Shown here: piece after piece, positions 29,901 through 38,688 of the stretch
Numbering within the stretch: the stretch's first letter is position 1
How the letters are laid out: each line of letters starts with the position of its first letter
DNA from: Armatimonadota bacterium
Lineage (GTDB): Bacteria; Armatimonadota; HRBIN16
NCBI GenBank assembly: GCA_963677485.1
Contig: OY781964.1
Location: 1,600,001-1,664,000 of the forward strand
Direction of reading: 5' to 3'
Length of the DNA stretch: 64,000 nucleotides
The notes under the pieces: generated by a model
What the model was told of the DNA's origin: nothing
The model's database searches: none
The model's input: only the letters and a program-made list of their open reading frames with translations
Program-made: the position numbers and the translations under genes

Positions 29901-30173
29901 AAAAGCCCACTCACTCAGTACTCAGGATCGGGGAGCCAGATCAAAATGCTGCCCGTCTCTGTAGAGGCCACAGGAATCACCACACTGATGGCTGATGCCG
30001 ATGGTCGCGTGTTGAAAATCGACGGACCTAAGTGCGTGGTGAACATCAGCGACCTGTCATCATTCAAAGACTATCGGTTGAAGATTGACGGTCAGGAGAA
30101 GATACTCACCACCGCAGGCGGTGTGCTACGGATTGAGCTGCCCGAAGGCAGCCACACCGTGGAGCGTCTGTAG
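26976..30173 (+). CDS. Large secreted hypothetical protein with a CBM-like module
   Basis: RBS GGAGG at 26961, signal peptide from ATG 26976; CBM-like segment (WNFKNGLQGW...DP...DGEWHNY...LRFDP); remainder unrecognised. Confidence 0.7.
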   Translation: MRISSLLAIGGLCCFAALSGQAAEVAPWLKQAPENLPKVTVRWEDAAQQNIFIVEGEQYQCRVGTQPAKILSLTVNGKQTLPQGGSQISFTDAKGQKFLPAPAEYAPSWNVFRGQHWVPADSSRARMNVWSATPYYWDAHLLDIPMVREDILKSAADVAEKPLKEWNFKNGLQGWKNSNNTKVGMGNGTLSVTSTGFDPNFASPACSIKGPVDVVIRMRTLDGGGMSMYWSTVSKGLLGTNVQTVGSNGDGEWHNYRFQIADKETINMLRFDPPSESGKVEVQSVKLYPSLSLAKQDKIIRGEIIFHAYPDQLRIEFRAEPVDGIPAPNTVLLAPFTGKTTDSNWVEESKYDMNRPLITVNDSAAILGDAQSKLTPAGWESPMTGKRPGALWVVKPYQGELKRDLLFVNDLHPLTDSAAKITNGEWLGYEPNSGLYVMHAANAIGQYSFENAYANPMRRVQAGVSLSNDNLPRQIVMKAMTGIGCLEATVITDNNGFPLPTAAFVAKNFAGEMEEPDDSAFGDAYFPMTLSAQDSREFMVQPLMQSWGDHMLKQISSIRFFQIYWHLSTGISETTCFTHNWMQIGKSEVLHIPDFRPLSGPFWAGQPQHACEQWPGFLQYNSGKGRLVFERTIFNSISPNFSHYTNLYHTSDDAAKGSLTIWEIPQRDEMRTFVKMRFDWTKPVAITGDARQNFRWMNVYEFSTPKMLMITAPSGKTVQYAPDLTSKISPLGALMSTQTPFAASSPKVNDYGCVLLVRSFKAKLGGKVYTQAAYSALFDKSNGNWWLSVPEAKLNLKPGDYLEAEVMLMPHAEPTTLTMKPERERKERFGMGWPKVSSSIGTLTNSFPTRVTAKGGVACVNLEGGFDMMPIIVEGLTPGGYPMIWRDGSWQNPQAWGGDGVQIDPDGKGGVRATVLVPIRQGQKFDTYVTDAVCSTGVSAVQEVNGRAVLRSAGSGDWTITSPAWYGPGKNVRDSKSPLTQYSGSGSQIKMLPVSVEATGITTLMADADGRVLKIDGPKCVVNISDLSSFKDYRLKIDGQEKILTTAGGVLRIELPEGSHTVERL

Positions 30174-30370
30174 CCTCACAAATATTCCCTCGGCGCGGCA
30201 GCCTCGCTGCGCCGGGGGATATGCCTCGTTTGACACCCAAATCCCGCATAATCGACACCATACCATACACTTTTTCTATATCCACAGAGGTACATTAAGA
30301 GCATAACCATGAAGCGGTGCTTGATGGTGTCCCATTTTGATCTATACAAACGCTAGAGGAGGGTGCAGTT

Positions 30371-30646
30371 ATGGCAGTCAAAGAGGCCATCGCAAAGCTG
30401 CATGAGATGTGTCAGCGGGGTTCCGTGGTGTTGAGTGATGATGTGCTGGACGAGTTCGTCGACGCATATGGGCTGACCCAGCATCAGTTGTGTGAGGCGA
30501 TTGATGCCGATGAGGGTTTGGAGATTGAAGCCAACATTGCGTTTGAGGATGATGAACCCGAATATGATGAAGACGGTCCGCCGCCAGTGTGGAAGGCCTG
30601 GACACCAGGTCTGAAGCATACCGGCATCACCGTCCGCAAACGGTAA
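30371..30646 (+). CDS. Small acidic hypothetical protein
   Basis: Strong RBS (GAGGAGG), 91 aa, D/E-rich. Confidence 0.65.
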   Translation: MAVKEAIAKLHEMCQRGSVVLSDDVLDEFVDAYGLTQHQLCEAIDADEGLEIEANIAFEDDEPEYDEDGPPPVWKAWTPGLKHTGITVRKR

Positions 30647-30702
30647 ACCGCCGCCTTCGGCATCGCAGCCACGGCGAAACAAGAACAAATCTTATATGCC
30701 AG

Positions 30703-31260
30703 TGATGCGTCACGCTGAGGCAACCGAGTGATATGCGAGTTGGCTGTTCGCCTCTATTACAGTCAAGCGTTGGCTGTGTCCGGGGCGGTCTGACCGTAGG
30801 CTAGCGGATGCAGAAGGCTCAAGACCGCGCCGGTCTGGCGGATAACCCTAAAAGATATGTGTCGGAAACAAGCACCCGCCCGTGCTGGTACGGCAGCCCA
30901 TACTGTAACTGATGCGTCACGCTGAGGCGACAGATCGATATGCGAGTGGCTGTTCGCCGCTATTGCAGTCAAGCGTTGCCTATGTCCGGGGCGGTCTGTG
31001 CGTAGGCTAGCGGATGCACAAGGCTCAAGACCGCGCCGGTCTGGCGGATAGCCCTAAAAGATATGTGTCGGGAACAAGACCGGCGCGGTCTATAGACTGT
31101 GGCCTCCACAGGCGTACTGACAGACCGCCCCGGACATAGCCAACCAAGTCAGTTACAAGCGAAGCGCAACCCGTGGAGGGTAGTCCTCCACCATCTACCC
31201 ACGATCGTGGGTCGGATGCTGTGACCATCAGGTGCGACCCACTTCGTGGGTGCCCGGAAG
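30703..31260. repeat. Composite repeat cluster: two 207-bp-period units plus a CCCAC/GTGGG-family fragment
   Basis: tgatgcgtcacgctgaggc at 30703 and 30910, each followed by tgtccggggcggtctg and agaccgcgccggtctggcgg; 31158-31260 matches the middle of the 8.5-kb element. Confidence 0.9.
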
Positions 31261-31348
31261 GGCTATATGCATGGAAGGGCATTGGATCGTGGTTTTCAGC
31301 CTATAGCATCACATATGCGGGCGACTACCAGCTGCAAAACCGCATGAA

Positions 31349-33127
31349 CTAAGCTGGTAGCGGGAGCCCCATGGCCTGAAGCCACACACGCTGTTTCGCC
31401 ACCCGCTCTTCACCGCTGACCGGCAGGCGTAACGGACGGCCGCGGCCATCGATCAACAGGCCGACCACGCCGCCCTCAACCTCGCAGGTCAGCGGTTTCC
31501 CCTTGCCCGCTCCCACATCGTAACCTCTGGTGGGTTGAATGGTCACACTGCGTTTGACGCCCTCCGCCAGAGGGATCAACTTCAGCTCACCGGATGAAAC
31601 GGCGTAGCTCTGCCCATCCATCTGTAGGATGAGCACGGCTTCGCCATCCTTGCCTGTGCCCACAGGCGAGATGCAACTGCCCAGTTTCACCAGACAGTCG
31701 CGGTGGAACACCTCGGTGGCAGCCTCCGGCGCCACTGTGGCCAGCACACCAAGCTGCGGCATCATGAAGATGCTGTCTACGGCCAGCATGGTCACGCCTT
31801 CAGGCTGGAAGGCATCCACCATCATCAGTGCGGCCTGAGCACGCAGGGGCGCGTGGCTGAGCACACCACCTGAGCCGATGATCATATCCAGCTCCATCAA
31901 GTTGACCAGCGTCGCCCCGGTGTTGCTCTGGCTCATCGCATCGCCGATGGTGCGCTGCTGCTGCACGCCTTTCAAGCCGCGCGCCAGCGATTTATGGTGG
32001 TCAAACGCCAACCGCAGTGCCTCACGGCAGACCGATTGCTCCACATACAAATCTTCAAGCGTATGAGGGATCGTGGTGGGCCGCACCATCTTGTTGCGCA
32101 TCCGGTTGCGAAGCACTGTTTCATCCATGTTGAAGGGGTTCCAGCGCATGATGTTGGGCAAGCCCGCCTCCACCATCACGTTGCAGATGCTGTAGCTCAT
32201 GCCCAGGTTGGCGGAAACCGTGCGGTTGTAGTGACCCGCAAATACGCTGAACACGTCCGTCGTGGCCCCGCCGATGTCCACCCCCAGGATGTTGATGTTC
32301 TCCTGCTGCGCGATAGTCTGCATGATGGCGCCCACCGCGTTGGGCGTCGACATGATGTCGGCACTCGTCCAGCCCATCAGCTTGCCGTAACCCGGCGCCT
32401 GCCGCATCACATGCTCCAGGAACAACTCATGGATCGCCTCGCGGGCTGGTCCAAGGTTCTCTTCGTCCAGAGTGGGACGCAGGTTGTCTACGAAGCGCAG
32501 GTCGACCCGGTTCTCCAGCAACTGCTGGACAGGCTCGCGTGCCTCCTTGTTACCGGCATAGATGACCGGCAGGTCCATGCCGCCCAGCCTGGGTTTTGGA
32601 TCGGCGGAAAGCAAGATTTCCGCCATCTCCACCAGGTGGTTCACCGTGCCGCCGTCGGTGCCGCCGGACATCAAGATCATGTCCGGTCGTAACTGCCGGA
32701 TGCGCTGCACCTTTTGGTACTCCTTCCGGCCATCGTCCACGGCGATTACATCCATGATGATTGCGCCGGCACCCAGAGCCGCGCGTTGGGCCGACTCAGC
32801 GGACATCTGCTTCACCACGCCACTGACCGTCATCTGCAGTCCGCCGCCCGCCGATGAGGTGCTGAGGTAAGCATCGACGCCCTCTCCCTGATCGTTCTGA
32901 GGGGTGATGATGGTGTCGTCCTTGATGAACCTTCGGCCAGTTAACTCCTCCACCTCGCGCACCGCGTTGAGCACGCCGATGGTCACATCATCAAACGGGG
33001 CTTCAACAGTGGTGGGGGCTTCGCCGCGAGCCACCAGGCGGTAGCCCTGTTCACTCAACTCAATCAATATGCATTTCGTGGTCGTGCTTCCGCAGTCTGT
33101 GGCCAGGATCGATCGCAGTTGGCTCAT
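31349..33127 (-). CDS. GlmL/MutL-like (glutamate mutase L family) ASKHA ATPase
   Basis: TDCGSTTTK, SSAGGGL, SGGTDGG, IYAGN, GVDIGGATTDVFS, GSGGVLSHAP, IDGRGRP. Confidence 0.85.
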   Translation of the reverse strand: MSQLRSILATDCGSTTTKCILIELSEQGYRLVARGEAPTTVEAPFDDVTIGVLNAVREVEELTGRRFIKDDTIITPQNDQGEGVDAYLSTSSAGGGLQMTVSGVVKQMSAESAQRAALGAGAIIMDVIAVDDGRKEYQKVQRIRQLRPDMILMSGGTDGGTVNHLVEMAEILLSADPKPRLGGMDLPVIYAGNKEAREPVQQLLENRVDLRFVDNLRPTLDEENLGPAREAIHELFLEHVMRQAPGYGKLMGWTSADIMSTPNAVGAIMQTIAQQENINILGVDIGGATTDVFSVFAGHYNRTVSANLGMSYSICNVMVEAGLPNIMRWNPFNMDETVLRNRMRNKMVRPTTIPHTLEDLYVEQSVCREALRLAFDHHKSLARGLKGVQQQRTIGDAMSQSNTGATLVNLMELDMIIGSGGVLSHAPLRAQAALMMVDAFQPEGVTMLAVDSIFMMPQLGVLATVAPEAATEVFHRDCLVKLGSCISPVGTGKDGEAVLILQMDGQSYAVSSGELKLIPLAEGVKRSVTIQPTRGYDVGAGKGKPLTCEVEGGVVGLLIDGRGRPLRLPVSGEERVAKQRVWLQAMGLPLPA

Positions 33128-33244
33128 GTTGAAGTTCCCCTAGTTGATTGTAGTGAATAGTGCATGGATCGGCATTTTCTGTTAATAACGGCTCACCCAT
33201 CGGCGACAGGTTCCATCAACCTGCTAAATCAGGCCTCTTCACCC

Positions 33245-33592
33245 AGGGCGATTCGCGAATCGCCCCTACATGACCCGTTGAAGCGGACGCATCCCGGACG
33301 CGAGTAATCGGCCAAATCTGCATACCGACGGGGGCATCCCTTCGGGCACCCACGAAGTGGGTATGATTCTTATAGCCAGGGGTGAGCGAAGCGATACCCC
33401 TGGAAAGCGGAACATTATTCTACCCCGAAGTGGGTCGCACCTATGCGTGGCAGTCGCATTATAAATCTTATGTCCGGGGCGGTCTTGTTCCTGGCACAAA
33501 TCTTTCATGGCTGACCGCCAGACCGGCGCGGTCTCGAGCCTTCTGCATCCGCTAGCTTACGCACAGACCGCCCGGACATAGGCAACGCTTGG
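33245..33592. repeat. Cluster of three repeat families (REP, CCCAC/GTGGG half element, inverted cruciform core)
   Basis: agggcgattcgcgaatcgcccctac at 33245; 33341-33442 similar to the 8.5-kb element; 33469-33592 reverse complement of the array core. Confidence 0.85.
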
Positions 33593-33606
33593 CTGCATAG
33601 CAACTA

Positions 33607-34212
33607 TTACTTTAACGCGCTTCGGAGGCCGGTGATGATCATCTGTGCGGCCAGACTGGCCAGGATCAGGCCGGAGAGCTTGCTCAGCACGTTGATGGTG
33701 AGGTGACCCAGCTTCTTCTCCATCCAGGAACCCGCCAGCAACAGGCAGCCCACGAGGATGGTGGCCATGGTCAGCGAAAGTGCGATGCTCAGGCTATGCA
33801 GCGTGCCCGCATTCTCAATGCCCATCACCATGATGGTACCAATGGTGGCAGGACCTAACAGCACAGGGATCGCCAGCGGCACCACCGCGATGTCCTCATT
33901 GGGGTCACGCCCTTCCGCCATCTGCGAGGGCTGTTGTAACGCCACACCGTTCAGGAAGAGCAGAGCACCCGCGCCGATTCGGAAAGCGTCCAGTGTGATC
34001 CCCAGCACTCCGAAAATCCATTGGCCGGCAAACAGCAGGATCAGGCTCGCGATCCAGACCGCCACCGTCGCCCGGGTGGCAAGCCGCCGCTTTTGCCGGA
34101 TGTCATGCTGCTTGGTAAGTGCCAGATAGGTAGCCAGGCCGGCGAACGGGGTCAACAGGAAGAAAAACTTAATGCAGTCGGCCATCAACAGATGCCAGTT
34201 TAGTTCGTTCAT
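33607..34212 (-). CDS. MarC family membrane protein
   Basis: GITLDAFRIGAGALLF, DIAVVPLAIPVLLGPATI, SKLSGLILASLAAQMI. Confidence 0.92.
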   Translation of the reverse strand: MNELNWHLLMADCIKFFFLLTPFAGLATYLALTKQHDIRQKRRLATRATVAVWIASLILLFAGQWIFGVLGITLDAFRIGAGALLFLNGVALQQPSQMAEGRDPNEDIAVVPLAIPVLLGPATIGTIMVMGIENAGTLHSLSIALSLTMATILVGCLLLAGSWMEKKLGHLTINVLSKLSGLILASLAAQMIITGLRSALK

Positions 34213-34346
34213 GCCGCCTCGCTTCAGGATTTAGTGATTCCAGCACTTTTAGTATAACGCCAGGGGCTGTGATTGTTGGGTATAACTACTCAGCCGCCGA
34301 CGACGGGTTCCATCAACCTTATTAAGCAGGCCAGTAAGTAGCTGGT

Positions 34347-34428
34347 CGGGGTGTCCCTTGTGGGCGCCCTAATCGTTGTTCATTCGATAGTTTTTGTTTT
34401 TGGGACGCCCACAAGGGACGCCCCTACG
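34347..34428. repeat. REP doublet (REPIN)
   Basis: ggggtgtcccttgtgggcgccc...gggacgcccacaagggacgcccctac; close copy at 40895-40975. Confidence 0.85.
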
Positions 34429-34545
34429 ACAGTATCAGTTACAGGCTGGGCAGCAGTGCATGCCCGGGCGATTGTTGTACAATAGCCAAGACATTAATAT
34501 CAGTCTATTAACCACAAATCCAGTTGGGATCGTATCGACCATGTG

Positions 34546-34682
34546 CCGCGACATGAATGTCTCGGCTATTGATCAGCAAGCCCGCAAAACCGGGCTGCGG
34601 AGCTCCTTGCCGACAAAGATAACGTTAATGAAGACTGCTTCAGCAGTCTTAGTGTTCAATAGCCGAGACATTTATGTCGCGG
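34546..34682. repeat. REPIN/MITE-like element bounded by ccgcgacat-N-aatgtctcggctattga inverted repeats
   Basis: Near-identical reverse-complement copy at 50317-50453; single arms at about 36922-36950 and a degenerate one at 11126. Confidence 0.88.
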
Positions 34683-34813
34683 AATCGGTGACCTACTGGC
34701 CATGTAAAATTTGTGGGTAATAGCCAAGACATTAATATCGCTGCACGGAGGCGATTGGGCTGTGTGAGGGCCACAAACGCCTCATTTTATCGATAAATAT
34801 CCCTGAATTACTA

Positions 34814-36166
34814 TTACAAATCCTCACCATTCGCTGCGATGCGGTCACGATACCACCAGTAGCTGTCCTTCGGGATGCGCAGCTTGGTGTCGTAATCCAC
34901 ATGCACAATGCCGAACCGCTGCTTATACCCCTCGGCCCACTCGAAGTTGTCCATCAGCGACCACAGGAAATAGCCTGCCACATCAACACCGTCGTCCGCC
35001 GCGCGCTTGAGCTCGCGCAGGTAGCGGTGCAGGAAGTCGATGCGCTGGCTGTCATGAACCTGCCCGTCCAGATGCACCACATCGAAGTTGCCCATGCCGT
35101 TCTCCGTGACCACCACCGGCTTGCCGTATCGCTCATTCAGCCACTTGGAGGTGTAGTAAAGAACCTCAGGGGTGATGGGCCACTGCATGGATGTGATCGG
35201 GTTGCCCATCGGCTGCGGCACCTCAACGGGCCGACCGTCTTCACCTGCCTTGATACACACACCGTTGTAACAGTTGTAGGCGCACAGGTCGATTGGCTGG
35301 GCGATGGTCTCCATATCGCCTTGTTTGATCTGCGGCGCGTTGGCTCCCAGAGCGTTGATGATGGCCTCGGGATAGCCTTTGCCGAACACGGGGTCTGTCC
35401 AGAACATCGTGGGGGCCATGCTTTCACCCTGAGGGTTCAGGAACCAGTGTCTGGCGGCCTCGATGTCTTGCGGGCTGCTGGTGTGTGGGTAACTGGCGGT
35501 GCCGATGGGCACTATGCCCACCTTACCAGGACGCAGGGCATGACCTCGTATGGCCTGCACCGCTTTACCGTGCGCCAACAGCGCGTTGTGTGCAGCCGTA
35601 GCCACCTGCCCGGTCTGAAGCCTGTCCCCAGGGGCGTGAACACCCGCCTGCATCCCCGCCAGAATGAAGCACTGGGGCTCATTGAGTGTCAGCCAGTTGA
35701 AAACACGGTCAGACAGGCGATAGGTGACGATGGCGGCGTAATAGGCAAACCAATCGGCGATCTCACGGTTCAGCCACCCGCCGCGGCGATAGAGCTCCAG
35801 CGGGAGATCCCAGTGGAACAGCGTCACCCAAGGCGCGATGCCGGCATCTTCCAGCTCATCTACCAGGCGGTCGTAGAAATCCAGCGCGACCTCATTCGGC
35901 TGGCCTGTGCCATCGGGCAGCACCCAGGGCCATGAGATGCTGAAGCGGTAGGCGTTGATACCCAGTTGCTTCATCAGCTCCACATCCTGCTTCATGTTGG
36001 CGATGTGCTCCGGCCCGCTGCTTCCGTCGTGCCCCAGATAGGTGGCACCAGGCTTCTGGCAGAACATATCCCAGACACACGGCTTGCGTCCCTCGGCCAG
36101 GCGTGTTCCTTCTATTTGGTATGATGCGGTGGCGGCTCCCCAGGCGAAATCGTCTCGAAAAGACAT
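34814..36166 (-). CDS. GH1 beta-glucosidase
   Basis: FAWGAATASYQIEG, YRFSISW, TLFHWDLP, TLNEP (acid/base), VTENG (nucleophile), WSLMDNFEWAEGY. Confidence 0.97.
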   Translation of the reverse strand: MSFRDDFAWGAATASYQIEGTRLAEGRKPCVWDMFCQKPGATYLGHDGSSGPEHIANMKQDVELMKQLGINAYRFSISWPWVLPDGTGQPNEVALDFYDRLVDELEDAGIAPWVTLFHWDLPLELYRRGGWLNREIADWFAYYAAIVTYRLSDRVFNWLTLNEPQCFILAGMQAGVHAPGDRLQTGQVATAAHNALLAHGKAVQAIRGHALRPGKVGIVPIGTASYPHTSSPQDIEAARHWFLNPQGESMAPTMFWTDPVFGKGYPEAIINALGANAPQIKQGDMETIAQPIDLCAYNCYNGVCIKAGEDGRPVEVPQPMGNPITSMQWPITPEVLYYTSKWLNERYGKPVVVTENGMGNFDVVHLDGQVHDSQRIDFLHRYLRELKRAADDGVDVAGYFLWSLMDNFEWAEGYKQRFGIVHVDYDTKLRIPKDSYWWYRDRIAANGEDL

Positions 36167-36276
36167 GGCAATTCTCCTTACCGAATTGGTGGCATGTATC
36201 TATATTACACAAGCACGGCCCGATTAGGTATAATCTGGTGTACAGTGCGACGATATGCACAAAAGAGGTGGGTTCG

Positions 36277-36645
36277 ATGGATAACACATGTCCGCTATGC
36301 CAAACCGGGTTAATGGTGGCGGAAACCGACTGCTGGATGTTGATGTGGGACGAATACCCCGTGAGCGAAGGCCATATGTTGATAGTGATGAAACGGCACG
36401 ACGCCGAACATTGGGATATGAGCCAGGATGAATGGCAAGACCTGTATGTGGCTATCGGCGAGGCGAAGAAGTTGATTGACGACCAGTTCTCACCCGAGGG
36501 CTACAATATCGGCTCAAACATCGGCGAGGCTGCCGGCCAATCCGTGCCGCACGTACATATTCACGTGATCCCGCGATACAAAGGCGACAACGCCAAACCT
36601 CGCGGTGGGATTCGCAACGTGCGCAATCCGCTGGTGGAGTATTAG
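36277..36645 (+). CDS. HIT family hydrolase
   Basis: CPLC, YPVSEGH, GEAAGQSVPHVHIHVIPRY; start moved to ATG 36277 behind GAGG. Confidence 0.93.
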   Translation: MDNTCPLCQTGLMVAETDCWMLMWDEYPVSEGHMLIVMKRHDAEHWDMSQDEWQDLYVAIGEAKKLIDDQFSPEGYNIGSNIGEAAGQSVPHVHIHVIPRYKGDNAKPRGGIRNVRNPLVEY

Positions 36646-36659
36646 CGGCGTTTTAGGTT

Positions 36660-37235
36660 AGTGGGACGGATCGGGCAGATCTTTCTATTGGTCTGATCCG
36701 TCCAATCCGTCCTATGACAGCACCGCCGCTGCATGAATGCCATTCATTTGACCAAAAACACCTGGGTCGTGCGGTGAAAATCAATGCATTCCGCCATACC
36801 ACGCGCTAAAGCACATGGCTATTGACATTCCAAGCCTGCTGAAGCAGGCTGCAGGGCTTCGCCCTTTGAGGGTGCTGCTGTTGTATGGTAGCTGCACCCA
36901 GACTGCTTCAGCAGGCTTTTTGATCAATAGCCGAGACATTTATGTCGCGGCACGGTGGCCATATACCTGTTTTTCATTTGTGGGTAATAAACTGGGGCTT
37001 TCAGCCCGCGGCCGAAATCGCAATCGATTAGCATCCACTGGATTGACCCACAGCCCATCCCCTACCAGCACCGCCGCGGCATGAATGCCACGTCTAATTC
37101 AATGAAAGCCCGTTGAAACGGGCTCGGATGTGCCTTTCGCCAAATCTGGTGGGACGACCACAGCCCAAACGTCGCATGCGAATCCCCGCAGTCGGCTTTT
37201 CGGTTAAGAAGCCGCGTCCTTCAGGGCGCGGGGAC
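36660..37235. repeat. Mosaic of short palindromic repeat modules
   Basis: ccgccgc(t/g)gcatgaatgcca twice, gcctgctgaagcaggc, gactgcttcagcaggc, tcaatagccgagacatttatgtcgcgg, gcccgttgaaacgggc, ccgcgtccttcagggcgcgg. Confidence 0.7.
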
Positions 37236-37239
37236 CCCC

Positions 37240-38499
37240 CTACCAGCGGGCGGCTTCCTCTTTGGCGATGGCGACCCAGCGGATCACCCGCTCAGGCTGG
37301 TTGCGTATGGTGTGGTTATCCTTCATGATCGCCTCTGCGCGGCAGTTGTGCTGCTTGGCCAGATCAAAAGCGTGGCGGAGCGTCTTGCGCACCAAATCCT
37401 CATCCCACCGGTCCATGGCCAGATGCGAGGGATTGGGTTTGAAGGACATGACGTAGTTCGGCCCCAGCGCCTCGGTGATGATGGGCAGGTCGCACCAGGG
37501 TGACACGGACACACGCCTCAGGTTGGGATGTTGCCTCACCACAGCCCACCGGTCGTGGATGGGCTCGCAGCAGCCGTAGCAGGTCAGCGCGAACAGCTCC
37601 ATGATGCGGCGTTCATACGGAAACACGTATTCCGCATACATCTTCGGAGAAACATTCACCGTCTCCTGGCTTTCGGTAAAACCCCACATATCTTTGGCGG
37701 TGATCTTCTGCCCCTCAGGTACAGTGGGAATCTGATCACTCCACCCCCAACCCCCAGAGCCTATGTAAGAGCCATCGTTGTTTTGGTAGAGCAATCCGGC
37801 GGCCTCCAACTGCTTGACCTTGCCGATGTGCCCCTCGCTAATGAAGCTCATCAGCGCATGCAGCCCCTCTGGCTCGTCGTACATATCCACCAGCATCTGT
37901 TCGATGCCGCGCAGCTTCACCGCGTCGAAAGTCACACCCAGCGACCACCACCAGCTCTGCTTTTGCCTCACTGTGAGGATGCCGTCAAACAGCCCCTTCA
38001 CGAACTCCAGGTTTTGGGCTGAAGCGTCCGCGTCAAACACCAGTTTGGGATATTCGAGTTTTGGCAGGTCGCGCTCGTAGTTTTCGATAGGCGCCTTCCA
38101 GGTGTAGGCGTGCCCGCCACTCGCATCGCCAATCTGCTGCGGGTCCAGCCCCCAGCCGGTAAAATAAGCCGTATGCCCCACGTTGACGATGTCCTCCACC
38201 ACCACATCGTCCTTCATCTTCTCCCCGCGGAAGATGCGCATACGCAGATCCATCTCGTAACCGCGCAGCCTGGGGTCCTGGCACACCAGATCGGCCTGGG
38301 TGATGATCTCGTTCCAGCCGTTCTCTGGGTCACACATAATGAGGGGCTGGGTTTCGTCAAGCCGGTTATGCGCGGTCCAGAGCGCCCTGTTATGCTGCTG
38401 CACAGGCTCCGCCGCGATCTCCGCCACGCGTTTGGCTAACTCACGGATGACCGTCAGCTCTTTGGGGTCCACTTTCGGGTTATCGACTAGACTGGACAT
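37240..38499 (-). CDS. Hypothetical protein, uroporphyrinogen decarboxylase/MtaA-like TIM-barrel superfamily
   Basis: LRGIEQMLVDMYDEPE, SQETVNVSPKMYAEYVFPY, YGCCEP, NLRRVSVSPW, SFKPNP. Confidence 0.65.
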   Translation of the reverse strand: MSSLVDNPKVDPKELTVIRELAKRVAEIAAEPVQQHNRALWTAHNRLDETQPLIMCDPENGWNEIITQADLVCQDPRLRGYEMDLRMRIFRGEKMKDDVVVEDIVNVGHTAYFTGWGLDPQQIGDASGGHAYTWKAPIENYERDLPKLEYPKLVFDADASAQNLEFVKGLFDGILTVRQKQSWWWSLGVTFDAVKLRGIEQMLVDMYDEPEGLHALMSFISEGHIGKVKQLEAAGLLYQNNDGSYIGSGGWGWSDQIPTVPEGQKITAKDMWGFTESQETVNVSPKMYAEYVFPYERRIMELFALTCYGCCEPIHDRWAVVRQHPNLRRVSVSPWCDLPIITEALGPNYVMSFKPNPSHLAMDRWDEDLVRKTLRHAFDLAKQHNCRAEAIMKDNHTIRNQPERVIRWVAIAKEEAARW

Positions 38500-38688
38500 T
38501 AACGCCATACCTCGCAAGGATGTAGATTGAGAGACTTTACCAATAAGAGCATCCGGCAACGGCCATAGATTCGCACCCACCTGAAACAGGGCCACCACAA
38601 GGGATGGCCCCTACGATTGCAATCGTTGCCGTGATATGGCTGCACCGCGCGAGCAGATGCCTTCGCGGTGCGGCCGGTCAACCAGGCG

